Assembly (NCBI RefSeq): GCF_009834535.1
Contig: NC_045697.1
Span: forward strand, 41,418,001-41,482,000
Reading direction: 5' to 3'
Source: Camelus ferus
Taxonomy: Eukaryota
Length of the DNA: 64,000 nucleotides
The position numbers and the translations under genes are program-made. The notes under the pieces are model-generated. The model ran no database searches, had not been told where the DNA came from, and worked only from the letters and a program-made list of their open reading frames with translations. Numbering within the stretch: position 1 is the stretch's first letter; each line of letters starts with the position of its first letter. Positions 51,322 through 64,000 of the stretch are shown piece after piece.

Positions 51322-54300
51322 GTAGGTGGCTCTTTGCTCATTCTGGGTTCTAACCTGGTTTTTGGAGGGTGGGGTGATGTCTGTTGGTTGCTCCTGGTGT
51401 GGCGGGAGAGCAAGCGTGGGAGAGGGGGTCAGAGATGGGGTGGAAAGCAGGTTAATGAAGTGAACTATCTCTGAGGCAAGAAGCCACCAGCCTTTCCTTC
51501 TGTGCGGAGCATCTCTCTCTAGACTTGGGCGTGTTGAGACCTTTCTGTTTGGAATGAAGGTTGGCAGAGGGTGGGAGGGAGCATTTTTATTGTGACCAGG
51601 GGTTTTTAGACCAATGCAGAGCTACAGAAGAGAAAAGAAAACCAGAGACAGAGAACAGCTGTGCTTGTTAGAAGTGCCGACCTCAGTCCCATAGCTAAGA
51701 AATGTTATAGGTTCCATGAAACATTAAAAAATCATATCTTTAAGTTATGCGTTTATGGTTGCTTTCTGAGAAATGTTACATAAATAAATATTTTGGGACA
51801 TATTTACATACTGCAGTAGGGAATGGTATTTTTATATTTTAGTTGCAAAACTAACGGCATTACTCTCGCAGAGACACTCTAGACTAAATTTGGGGTGGGG
51901 AGAGGAACACAGAACAGGGGTCAGGTTAGAGATCAGAGGAAACATTACCACTGCAGTCACACAGGTAAGGGGTCCCTTTAAGAAAGTGATCTCCAAGTCA
52001 CAGCAGGCAGCTTTTTTTTTTTTTTCCTTTATGGCATGGTTCCCAGGTACTCTGTACTGGGATACTGTGTCCCCTAGAAATGTCAAAGCTCATTTGGAAA
52101 AAGAGATACATCATCAGAAATGAGCTTGACAATATATTTATCAGAATTTATGTATTTGTGCCTGCAGCAAAATAAATGTGATTTATTGGAAAATCTTCAA
52201 GTAAATCAAGGCTAGAGATATTTCAAGAAAATTACATACATATATATATTTTTTTCCCCTTTCTATTTAAATCTAGAGACTGAGTCTCTGCTTTTACCCC
52301 CTGAAAACATAACTCCCAGGGTACAGCAATTTGGCCACAGAAAAAGAATGGCTTATCCCATGGCAGTCAGCTCTGAAGCAATCACAGGGTTGTTTACATG
52401 GGCTGTCTTTGCTGCAGAGCCTGACAGCCTCTGTACGGCAGCCCTGCCTGCTTATGGTGTGTTGATGATAACTTTTTGTGAACGAACCAGAGAGAGGCAG
52501 GCTAAGTCCTCTGGGACAGGCCACAGTTCAGACTGAAGGAAAATGGGTCTAAGTGCACCAGGCATTGCCAGCCCAAGGTCCAATTTCTCCTTCCGTCCCT
52601 AGTCTGCTAGTTGTCAGACCCCAGAAGAGCTCACAGAATGCTGATCTACGTATTTAAAATGGTTGCAGGAATGGCTATTTCTCTCAGAAAGGCGTCTGTA
52701 AATTTTCTGTCTTAGGTGATGTTTATGTTGTAAACATAGACAGTGATGCTGGAGCTCATGAATGAGCTCGCAAGCTTCGGACTCCGCTTTGGAGCCATTG
52801 GATTGTAGGAGCCGGACAGTTCTGGATGTAGCAGTTTTGCTGCCTCTGGTATGTATTCCCTTCTCCGCCTTGATCTCACTCTTAAAACTGACATAAAGTA
52901 CTGGATTAGCTTTTTTTTTTTTTTTTTAATCACCTAGAGCAAACTAGATTTTCTCTCCCTCACAACGGAATTAGAAAATCAGATGACAAAGGTGGTCTGA
53001 CCTTAGATATCAAAGAATCTTCCTGCTTCCTCATTTGCATTATCACTCCCTCCTGTTGTTGCAAAGTATCTTAATTTGACAATCTCCTGGTGTTACAAAA
53101 TCTTCACAGTTTTCTTCATAAAGAGATTCTTGATGATGAGGCAGTAAGGCATTTTATGTAGAGTGGGAAAAATCGGCTGCCTGCAGCTTCCTGCTTGCCT
53201 GCCCTAGAACAGCATCTGCTGTGGGGAGGAGTGTGTGCCGGGCTGGAAGGGGATGTTTACGAACAGACCCCAGAGGGACCAAGTGTGTTTTCGCTGTCAT
53301 TGTCTGGTACGTCTGCAGCTGTTAGTATTTAATGGTTTCATAGTATGTGGTCAATATTTTTCAAGGTTAGAATGAACTGAGAATTGATTGTGGGTGCCAT
53401 AAAATATCTGTATATTTTTAAATTACGGGAAAATTCATAGGATTCCTGTAGGAATATCATAAGCAAAAGGAATCTGCCTAATTTAAGTAATGCGAAAAAG
53501 CCTCTCATACTTAAAGGTAAAGCCTCTCGTATTTAAAGGGAGGTTCTTTCTTTTTTAAGTTCTTTTTTTTTGTGGCTTTATGTAAATGAATCTTAGTGGA
53601 AAAGTCTTTTAATACTGATGATAAAAGATAAAGACAAATTGAGTTTTTCTCGTTTGTTAAGCACAAGGACAGATGCTCTCCCTTCCTGCCTGTGTTCTGG
53701 CTGCAGGTCACATTTGTAGCCCTAAGACTTTACATGGATTGCTGTGTTCAAATCGAATAATTGCTTAGCTGCTAATGAGAATAATGGACTCAAAGCAAGA
53801 GAGGCTTCCTTCAATTAGAATAACATTTTAAATTCTTTCTCCTTTGCCCTACTATTTGCTCTGGCAGTCTCTTTTAAGCATTTGCTTGGACATTGCAACA
53901 CTTAGGCAGAAAGAGGCATGAAGTGTCCAGGAATGACATGAAAGGAGTACAGGCTGTGTTTGCTGCAGGCTGAGTGCCTCCTTCCACAACACATGCATCT
54001 CTCCCACCTCCTGCTGAGGACCCAGGACTCGTGGGAGAAGTTGGGCCTGGAGACTACTGGGGGAGACGCTAATGCAGAAAGAACAGAATCCATTTGTTTC
54101 CTTAGCATATTAGATACATTGATTGCGTTACATAAGTCTAAGATGAGACATTGCTGCTGATTCAGATAAAAGATCATGCTGCATATTGATTGTTTGAGAG
54201 AGAAAATGTGATTTAGAATTGGAGCTTGGATTCTCAGAAATTTACCTGTCTGTACATATTTTCATAGCAAAGTTGTAAGGTTTTGACTAAAGATTTTTCA

Positions 54301-54837
54301 GTTTGAGTACATTTTATCCTTATAAGAAAAATCAAGGCAAAGAGGGGCAAAGTGGAAAATCTGTTATGGTTTAGATTCTACCCCCCCCCGCCTCATTTAA
54401 TGGAAGAGAACTCTATTTCTAATTATGAATCTCAGTAGAAACTCTAAATGGAGACTTCAGATAATACTGAAAAATGCCTTGATCAAAAGAAAAATTTTTA
54501 GTTGGAAAGGGGACTGCAAGTTTATAATTTTGATAGAGGATTTTCTAGTTGAATTGACATTTTAGATTCATAATGAGTCACTATGGCCTTTCTCACTGAT
54601 CTTATCCCTGGTGACTAGGAGATGTGAAACCCATAAGCTTATAGAACTAATGCTCCTAGAAATGGAAATTAAAGTTTTGAATGGAAGAAGAAAGGACTGA
54701 AGTTTGCTTAGAAGCGTTCCCAACCCGTAGCTGCTCCAAAACTCCATATGGTGTGCAAGTGTGAAGTGAAGTTCTACCCCAAGGCCATAAGGCATCTGCA
54801 GAGTACCCTGCTTGGTAATAAACAGGAGTTTTGCTAT

Positions 54838-54840
<3 letters not shown>

Positions 54841-54871
<31 letters not shown>
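54841..54871. repeat. (GT)15 microsatellite
   Basis: Direct read. Confidence 0.95.
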
Positions 54872-54873
<2 letters not shown>

Positions 54874-56027
54874 CGCACGTGTGTGAGTACATGTGTGTAT
54901 GTGTGAGAGAGAGAGCGAGGAAACAGGGTGATAACCCCCCCCACACACAACTCAGCAATGACTTAAATACACTAGGAATTCATCTTAGCAACTTGTCTTC
55001 ATAGAAGTAAAACTGCCTCCTGGTTTTTGGATGTTAACCTGCCTGGGTGCTCCATGTGCTTCCTGAAAATGAGTTTCTTAAAGTAATTGTCCTCTTCTCA
55101 TACATCGGAGATAGGATCTGAAAGTTTGACAGCGAGGTAAGGCTGAGGCCTGTGTATTTGGCATGTTTATTCAGTGTCTGTGCTTCCTCTGTCACAGCAC
55201 TTACCACACACACTGCAGTAACTGCCTATTCCTGAGCTTCCTGTGTTCTCTACTGCATCATCTCTGTCAGGGACTGACTGTGTCTGCCTCGCACATAGTA
55301 GGGACACAGTCGATACTCCTTAGATGAATGTCTCCCAAGTACAGGGCTAAGTTCTACAGGTGAAAGAGTTTGGGAAGCTGTAACGCAGCATTTCTGCCAT
55401 TTGGAGTTTATAATTGCTTATGGAGATGAGATTAATTAACAAAGATGGTGTATGATCAAGGGCCCGTATTCAATAAATATAATAGAGATTAGGAGAAGAA
55501 AGAAGCCCACTCCTCTGAGATGGCGGTAGGCCACATTGGGATGGTGGGGTTGGGCAGTGGTGGGGAGATGTGGTGAGGGAGGAATTCCAGCAGCAGTTGT
55601 AAGCACTTGGCCGGGAAAGGGACTCTTCCTTGAGGCAGAGAGGACGTTTATTTGGGGAATGGTGACCATACTTTCTAAACTAGAAATCAAAAGTTGTGGT
55701 TTGATAATGGGTAGAACATTCATCGGAAACTGGCATAGTCCTGGAGAATGTGGTCCACTATAATGTCGAAAATTAACAGTTGCAGATTGAAGTTACAGAC
55801 CCACTTTTGTAACTGAATCAAATTATGGGAAAACATACATACATGCATCTCATTGTAGCTTCACACCAATTTGAGTTTAGTTTTATTATATCTCACATGC
55901 TTTAGAGATTTTCGAACTTCTCCACCTCCTATTATTCATAGCTTTTTAACCCGTTGTTCCATATGAACCCATTGCAGTTGATTTACAATGTTTCTTCCTT
56001 CCTTCCTTTGCTTTGTTTTCTTTTAAT

Positions 56028-56108
56028 AATGGAGATACTGGGGATTGAACCCAAGACCTCGTGCATGCTAAGCATGTGCCCTACCACTAAGGTATAATAC
56101 CCATCTCC
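56028..56108 (-). mobile_element. tRNA-Ala-derived SINE
   Basis: Reverse complement of the same A/B-box SINE head (ggggattgaacccaagacctcgtgcatgctaagcatg). Confidence 0.85.
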
Positions 56109-56479
56109 AAACCCATTGTTCTTCTGTGAGAAGCATATTGTGCAAACATGTAACAGTGGAGCTGTCCCAGTTGAAGCTGAATAGGGTGCCTTCTATCACA
56201 AAACCAAAGCCATATCAACCAAGTTGACAATTACTAATTGGGCTTATGTTCAAATTTTAAAGTATCTAGCTATTTTGGTGTTGGTAACACCAAAGTCCTT
56301 GTGTTTGTGATAAATTTGAACAGAGTAAACTACCTTGAGATAGATGTTCTATTCCCTCTCTCTGCATCCTTCAACCCATAACTCTTTGTTTTTGTCAATG
56401 TTCTTATTTTCTAAATGCAGGTGAAATCCCCATTTAAATATTAAAATCAAACTTGACCCTGTTTTTGCTTTGATTTTAG

Positions 56480-56594
56480 GCTAACGTGAGAAATACCAAC
56501 GGCAGGACCATCTCAGATCTTTGTTATGGCAACTCAGGCAAGAAGCTGTTGAATTAGAACCATTTCCTATAGATGAGAAACCATACAAGCAGTG
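56480..56594 (+). other. MAPK10: MAPK10/JNK3 second 5'UTR exon (115 nt)
   Basis: Acceptor tttttgctttgattttAG|G and donor GTG|GTGAGT; the sequence (...ctgttgaattaga...tttcctatagatgagaaaccatacaagc.gtg) matches the recalled human MAPK10 leader just before the exon encoding MSLHFLYYCSEP. Confidence 0.85.
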
Positions 56595-56988
56595 GTGAGT
56601 TGCAAATTTAAAAATGTTCCTTGGCAGGAAACATGTGGTCTTGTAACCAATTTAAATATTGCATGTGATTTAGTGTATGGATCTGAAAAAATACTGCTCC
56701 AAATACTGCTCCAAATAATGTCAACTGAAGAAGTGAAAATCAATAAGACAGAATGTTTAACTGATAGTGTGATGCTACTAAAACCACATGTAGGAGCTTG
56801 ACGTCTTTTCGTGCATGAGTGCATCATACAAAACCCTAAGTAAGATGGCTGCAATGAACAGTTTCATGTGGCTGAGTAACAGATGGGTAACAGTGTTTTT
56901 GCAACATAATTCTAGTTTTTACTGATTTGTCCCCTCTAGTAAAAGAATTGGTTCTGAGATATATTATAATGCTTAATTCCTTTTAGAA

Positions 56989-57012
<24 letters not shown>
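56989..57012. repeat. (AC)12 microsatellite
   Basis: Direct read. Confidence 0.9.
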
Positions 57013-57019
<7 letters not shown>

Positions 57020-57784
57020 TTCCTATATAAATATATAGGAGTATATATAAGAATGTATATAATATATACTAACATAACATTCAGATCTTTAGAAATAAGG
57101 GAAGATAAATCATAAAATTCAATTTATGGACATTTAGCCTACAAATTCTTTGCTTAATGAAAGCAGTATTAAAAATAGATCCAGTTGCTTTGCTAGTTGG
57201 AATAATTATAAAACTTTCTTGTTATTTTATAAAAATATCAGCACACACAGGCTGAATACATTTTTGAATCAAATACTTGATGCTTCAGAGTCACCAATGT
57301 CAATAATCAATAGACTCCAGCAGAAATAAACCAGTCATAATCTGTCAAACTATATTTTAAGAGAAATAGAGTATGACAGTCGTGCCTGTAAGACTCCAAA
57401 AGAAGCTGTTTTGAACTAGTGACCAATATTTCTCTTTCATTTATTTAGTGGCTTATGTAACTCTGGGTATGTAGGCTGCCCTATGAATTAATGCATTACC
57501 TATAACTGCAGAGGACTGATGAAATTAACCTTATATTTATTTCATACCGTGATTCTCATTACAGTCTGCTTACAATTATGTTGAGATCTCAGATATAATA
57601 GTCATCACTATGCTGTGCTTAATCAATATGTATTAAACAAGTGTTAGTTAGAAGGAGAATCATATGTAATTGCCAATAATTAACCATTTTGATTTAAAAT
57701 AAGGGCGATTTTATGTGGCTGACCTTTGAGTTATGTGTCACTCCTAGTGTTGTAGAAAACATATATTGCTTCGTTTTAAATATG

Positions 57785-59810
57785 TATTCATTAAGGAAAC
57801 ATTTATTGCAAATCTGTGGTGTAAATATCATCCTTAGCTCTTGGGACAGATAAAAAAGAAGGTACCTGCCTTAATGGAGCTTTGTTTAAAGAATGTTGCA
57901 CTTATAATAAAATATGCCATTAAAAAGGGAGTTGTTTCTAAAGAGTGTGGCACTCATCCACTGCTATTAAATGGGTAGACACAGGGTGCTAAAGAATGCA
58001 CAGCAGAGGAGAGTCTAAGACAGACGGGATGGGGATTTGTCAAGGAAGGCTTCCATATTTTAGCTGAATGTTAAGGACAGAGATTAAGCTAGAAGAGGTT
58101 AGCTAGAAGAAGGGGAACAATGAGAACATTTTTCAAGGGCCCAGAGGCTTGAGAGAGCATGATTGGGGCACTAGATGTCATTTGCTGTGCTGGGCATAAA
58201 TGCGGGTGGTAGAAATAAAGCTGAAGAGGGGTACAGGAGATACACCATGAAGGATCTTTTAGATAAAACTAAGGAGTTTGTATTTTATTCCAAAATAAGG
58301 AACCTTTGGAAGATTTTAAGTAGAATGACATAATTAAACTTATTTTCTAGTAGATGTCATGCACCTAAAAAGATTGTCTAAAACACATGCAGTTTAAAGG
58401 ATAATTATCAAGCAAACCTCATATAACCACCATTTATATTAAGGAATAACTCCCAATAAGCCCTTTGTGCTTCCTTAAGATCATGTGCTTTTCCTTCCCC
58501 GCTAGGGGTAACCACCAACCAGTGCCCTACCTCTTGTCACACTCTTTCCCTTGCTTTTCTTTGCAAGTTTTCAATCTTGTAATCGTTACAGTATATATAT
58601 ATATATTCTTAGTCACCTGATTTCGCTAAACACTGTAAGATTCTTCTATGTTGATGCATATAGTTTATTCATGCAACTTGTATAATAATCTATACAAGTA
58701 GTATATAGTATATTATATAATTATATATTATATTATAAAATATGTTATATAGAATATATATATACTTGTATAGAATACTATCAAGTATGTATATTTTATA
58801 CAGATATAAATAGTATTCTATTCAGTATATGAATATGCTGAAATTGACTCATCTGTTCCACTATTGATAGACATTTGGATTGTTTCTATATTACTTATTT
58901 GTGTGTGTGTGTATCAACCTGAGTTATTTATATATAAATATAATAAATAAATGTTAAATAAATGTATATATATCTAAATAACACTATTAAGTATATATAT
59001 GATCCTTTTATGCATATAGATATTATTGCTCATAGATTCTAGTATACATATGTGAGTTTCTCTAGGATACATTTTAAGGAAAGGAACTACTGAGTTTTGG
59101 GGTACATGCACATTCAGTTTTTCTAAATAATGTCAAATATTTTTCCCAACTGGTTGCATCAATTTATATTGCCATCAGCAATACATAAGAAGCTCTTATA
59201 TCCTCACTACCGCTTGGTTTTTAAGTTCTTTAAAGTTGCTAATCAGGTGGGCACCTAATTGTACTCATGGAAGTATTAATTTGCATTTTGCTGATTACTA
59301 ATGAAGAAGACTATCTTTTCATTTTTTACTGGCCATTTGATCTTTTTTTGTAAAGTACCTGCTCAAGTATTTATGAGATTTATCCTTCAAAATAATAACT
59401 AGCATTTACTGAGCTCTTACTGTGCAATAGGCACTGGGCTAAGCACTTTACAAACATTTAATCTTCATATCATCCCTATAATTTATAGATAAGGGAACTT
59501 TAGGTTTAAAGAGGTTAAATAACTTGCTGACAATCACAACAAAGAAACAGTGGATTTCGCATTTAAGCCCAGGTCTTTCTGACTCCAGAATTCTTCAATT
59601 TTTTGAATAGTGTTTGGAAGAGGATTAGATTAGAGCTAAGGAGAACTTGTAAGGTGCTATTGCAGGAATCCAGCTGAAAAATAATAAGGGCATAAACCAA
59701 AGAATCATCAGGGTAGAACATAAGTACAAAGCAAGTGGACTCAGTAATGAACGTTGTGGGTGAAGAAGAGGGAAGATTTTAAAAGTCTCAAGTTTGAAGA
59801 CTTGTTTGCT
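57785..59810 (-). mobile_element. L2 fragment interrupted by an old L1 (~58360-59370) and a MIR (~59400-59590)
   Basis: attcatt...acatttattg L2 end; L2 body resumes after 59610; L1M antisense motifs and a MIR core in between. Confidence 0.6.
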
Positions 59811-60569
59811 AGGTTGATTCAATATTAGTCACACAATGTACATTTATATTCCAGGTATTGTATTTAAGAATACATTTTATGACTCCTTGATTCAGTGAGA
59901 CATAAATTTAATTCATAGGATTATAAAGTTTAGGATCTAAAAAGACCACAGTATTTATTTGCGTCAACTCTTTACTATTTTAAAATGTGGAACCTGGTGT
60001 GAAAAGAGGTTAAGTGGCTTGTTCAAGATCACATGTTACCATCAGATTAAGAATAGACCCTAAACTTGCAAAGATTGCAAAGAAAAGAAACTTGCCTGCT
60101 TTGAAAAAATTAATAATTTAAAGTAAAATCAACTTACTTTATCTCCCAAACATTTTTCATGCCACTTCCCTTTGAAATAAATCTATTGCTACTGCCAGAA
60201 TTGCCCTCATCATCATTGTTAGCAGGTTTATTATTGTTATCATTAGTCTAGCATAGGATCTTCTTGCCCATTATTCTCCCAATGAAACCACCAGATCTGA
60301 TTTGCAGTTGTTGCCATGTATCTGCCCTGCGTACTTTGATACGCTCCATTGCCTATGTAATAAATTCCCTTCTCCTTAAAATATACCATTCTGCCATCCA
60401 CCTCCAATTTAGGAACTGATGATCTCTCCAATGGCCTGGGGACACCAACGTGCTTCAGTCTCATCACACACTCAAGTGCTTCTTACTTCTGTGATTTACT
60501 TCATACCGTCTATTCTGTCAGTAATCACCCCATCTATCCTTTACTTAGTCACTAGTCATCTTTTAAGAC

Positions 60570-60727
60570 CTTTGTGTTTCAAAGAGTGGTCTGGGGACCA
60601 GGAACCTGGACATCATCTGAGAGATTGTCTTGATCAGAATTGCAACATCTCAAGTCCCACCGAGAACTACTGACTCAGAAGCTTTTGAACAAGATTCTCA
60701 GGTGATTTAAAGTTTGAGAGGCGCTGC
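60570..60727. mobile_element. MER5A-like hAT fragment
   Basis: tcaaagagtggtc...ctactgactcagaa...aacaagattctcaggtgatt...aagtttgagaggcgctg. Confidence 0.7.
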
Positions 60728-61724
60728 TTAGGCTGACTTTGGACTTCGTTAGATGTTATCTCCTTCCAGAAACCTATTCTGACTCCTTCCATTAAGCATC
60801 CCTTCCTGGTGTTCTCACGGTAGCCAGTGCATGTCTCTCTCACTGCATTACCAGTGTTTTGTTAACTGTTTTTATGTCTGTCTCTCTACCTTAGACTGTG
60901 AATAATTTGAGCCAGATCTAATTATCTTTGACTTTTCCATGCCTAGCACACTTAGTATTACATGACTATTTGTTGAATGGTTAAAAGACAGAAGAAAAAG
61001 CAAGATGTGTGTGTGTGTGTGCGCGCGCACGCATGTGTATAGCAGAGGCAGGAAAAAGAAAATAACAAGGAGAAAAAAAGCATAGCCAAAGGGACTTTGT
61101 AGAGAAATAACTAGACTACGAAAGACATACGAGAAGTTGTATGTCTGAATATGACCTGTAAAGCAGCCTGACAGAGAGTCTACAATCTTATTTAAGTAGA
61201 TAAGGTGATAAATATGAATATTGTTTGCAAAATCCTTCAGAAGCAGTGATTACCTTAATTTCTCATATAATAGTATGGTTATGTTATTGTGGTTGAGTAA
61301 ATTTTGCCAAAATTTGTTTTACTTTATTAAACAAAGTGTCTTACCTGTCCTTTTAACTAGTCAGAGACTGTTTGGAATATTGTGTGAAAGAGGAGAGAGG
61401 ATGCTGGTTGGTTTTGAAGTTGCACAGGAGACAGAATTAAGAGGCCACTGAGTAGAAGTAAGCACTGTATATAATGGGACTTTCTGGTGATTAAAATTAT
61501 TTGTCAGTCTGTGCTTTTTGAAAAGTAGAAAACTTGCCAGCATTGCAAGTATTTAACTATTTTCATGGTCAACCAAATATCAAGAACTTTTTAGAGATGC
61601 TGCTACTTTATATGAGGGATTGAACTAAGTGACCTCTAAGGTCTAAGGTCTGTATGAATTATGTGTCTGTATTTGTTCAAAGAGGTGCAGGAAGATGAGA
61701 GTTATAATAAAGATTATAATAGTG

Positions 61725-61925
61725 GATAACATTTATTGAGTGATTTCTTTGTGCCATGCACTGTTCAAAGCACTTTGCATGCACTGATTTGTTTAATCGT
61801 CCCTGAAATCCTACTAAGCATTTACATGTCATGAGGCTGAAACATTGGAGGTTTAGTAACTTGACCTAGGTCATGCAACTAGTGGTGGTAAACCCAAGGA
61901 ATCCAATTCTGGAGCACTTCCTCTT
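61725..61925 (-). mobile_element. MIR SINE
   Basis: ataacatttattgagtg...tgtgccatgcactgttcaaagcactttgcatg...gtaacttgacctaggtca. Confidence 0.75.
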
Positions 61926-64000
61926 TTATTACCATATGGTATCCTTCTCAGAATTAAAGGTAAAAGTTGGACCTGAATGGAGCCTTAAACACTAATGTGA
62001 TTTGAATTCCAGGTAATAGGAAGAACAGGGACTTTAAGAAATCATAACAACATAAAGTAAAAAGATGTAGAAATGAGCATAACAAGTTTGTGGAACCAAA
62101 AGTCTTACAAATGGGATGAAACAGAGAATAGATTTATCATTATAGGGCTGCTCTGTTTGGCTTCTCAGTGGGCTGCAAGTTACTCAGATGGGAAACTAAA
62201 TCCTTAGGTTTATTTAACCTTAGTAAGATCAACATAAGTAACCCTTGTATTGTATACAATTTTAAAGGCTTTTCACTGTTTGGTGGTACCTTAGGCTATC
62301 TCTTAGAAGATAGATTTGGGACTTCCATTGTTTGAGAGGTCCCAAGTAATTTGATGTCAGATCAGGAAAATAATAATCTTTTCCTGGAGCTTATTTGAAG
62401 AATAAGTCAGTATAAATTTTAGGATATTTCAGATTCTTCATAAAGAATTCTCTGTATTCTGATAAACAGTATAAGAGAACTATTACTAAAATAAAAGTAT
62501 GAGATATTAATGAAGATTTGATTAACATAAATCTTCTCAGCTTATTGGGAAATTGAGTCTACAGTTTAACAGCATTCATTACATGTAATAATATATTATT
62601 TATAATGTAGATACCAGAAATGATAGATGCCAGATGTTTTGAAGTTTTCTTTCTAGTTGTACTTTCGGAAGGTCTAGTTGGTTTTTTGGTGCTTTAAATC
62701 CTTAAGGCCCACTTTCAAATGCCTTTAAGTTTGAGAATGAATAACCTTGACGGTATTATCTTTACAAAGTCATTAATAAATCTTAAGAATCAACATAATC
62801 CTGCTTTGGAATTTAGTTTATTAAGATTTAAAGATATCATACCCTCCCTTTCCCCACTCCGTAAAGGAAAAGATTGAATAAAATGTATTCGGGAAAAACT
62901 ATGTGAAATAGTGGGTAGGAAACAATTAGTTTAAGCTGTTTTTCATTCTTTATGAATTTCAGCCAAATATATCATGTCAGGTGTCTGTTGACTATCCTCT
63001 TGCCAATCAGGGTTCAGGTCAGCAGTGTGGAAGGTGGCAGGCAATCAGACCTCACATGCTGACTTTTTTCCTAGTCTTGTTCCTAAGTATAGATGTCTGA
63101 CTCTGTGTTATGATCTAAGGAGCCAAAACACCCTCTGGTCCTCAACTCTCTCTGCTTCTGAACCTGATACAGTGTGTGAAATTTCCCACTTACTCCTTTG
63201 GTTGAAGACTGTTCCTATTAAAATAGAAATGTTATGAGGTAAATTGGTTGGCTAGCTAGCCTGATAAACTAACTTGAGTTAAGGTATGAATTGGCGATAA
63301 TGGGTTTTGAATCTAGGTAATATCCACACTTGGATAAATGTCTTAATGCATTAACACAGAAGACTAAAGAAGTGCGATGTATGGGAAAGAGTTTTATAGG
63401 AAGGGAATCAAGACTGGTCTGAAAGAGAGTGCTTTGTAGGGGTTTAGTAGATTATTTAAACTTTTCACTGTATTGTCTCTGGAAAAGGAAGAGGACTTGA
63501 TGTTGGATTCTCATTGCAGCTTTGTCATGAATTAATATTCCTTTGGGCAAGTCCTAACCTAGCTGAGTTTCAACTGTGTGTGTGAGGGAGTTGCGATAGA
63601 TGATATTTAAATTTCTCTTTAACTCTAAAAATTGTATGGATTAAATTGTACAGATTGAATTAAAGCATGGGATAATAATGCCCAAAAGGCCAGGCCAAGT
63701 GGAGTACCTTTGTGATGGTAGCCTTGGCCAGTGAAGGGGCTTCATGGGGATGAAACGCAGCTTCACAGACAGGTAAAGGGGAAGATAGGCCAGATGGAGG
63801 CTTAGAAGGGCCTGGAGGACAGACTTGCCTATTCCCAGTTTTGCTTTGGCCCTCTCCCTTTTGTTAGCTTTAGCTTAATTCTACCCATTCTCACTCTAAA
63901 TCTGGAGATACCATATTTTAGTTATAGGAAGTCACTTCTCATTACTGAGACTTGACATATCCATAAGGAAGATGGTTTATGTGTGGGCAACATTTGACTG

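Noticed and set aside
53497..53539. 22-bp-period imperfect tandem duplication (also a 12-bp one at 56689-56712)
   Set aside because: Two-copy local duplications with no evidence of function.
61006..61038. (TG)n(CG)n alternating purine-pyrimidine tract (Z-DNA potential)
   Set aside because: Short, common in mammalian introns and far from the TSS.
1..64000. CRISPR arrays, operons, prokaryotic or viral systems, intact ERV genes
   Set aside because: The sequence is mammalian intronic/intergenic DNA; I saw no repeat-spacer array, long ORF or gag/pol/env remnant.

Overview
AT-rich, repeat-dense mammalian genomic DNA with no intact protein-coding exon. The young SINEs are tRNA-Ala-derived, and I saw no Alu, B1, Bov-A, PRE-1 or Can-SINE, which points to a camelid (inference). 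The one recognisable gene is MAPK10 (JNK3) on the + strand, identified from my recollection of the human 5'UTR and needing BLAST confirmation. It shows a promoter (CRE/E-box plus RFX X-box at ~50.85 kb), a non-coding first exon ending at 51321 and a 115-nt second 5'UTR exon (56480-56594). The CDS lies beyond the window. The rest is L1, L2, MIR, LTR and hAT fossils, microsatellites and a 3'-truncated U2 pseudogene. The ORF track consists of L1 ORF2 remnants and chance ORFs. I found no clearly new multi-gene system. The best leads are (i) a set of uORFs in the JNK3 leader, including one created by splicing, (ii) an apparent gene-conversion tract between two inverted L1 copies, (iii) a microhomology-primed tailless U2 retrocopy, (iv) an (AGC)22 repeat ~1.2 kb upstream of the promoter and (v) candidate extra 5' exons. 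Repeat family names are by-eye assignments, and boundaries without a TSD are approximate.
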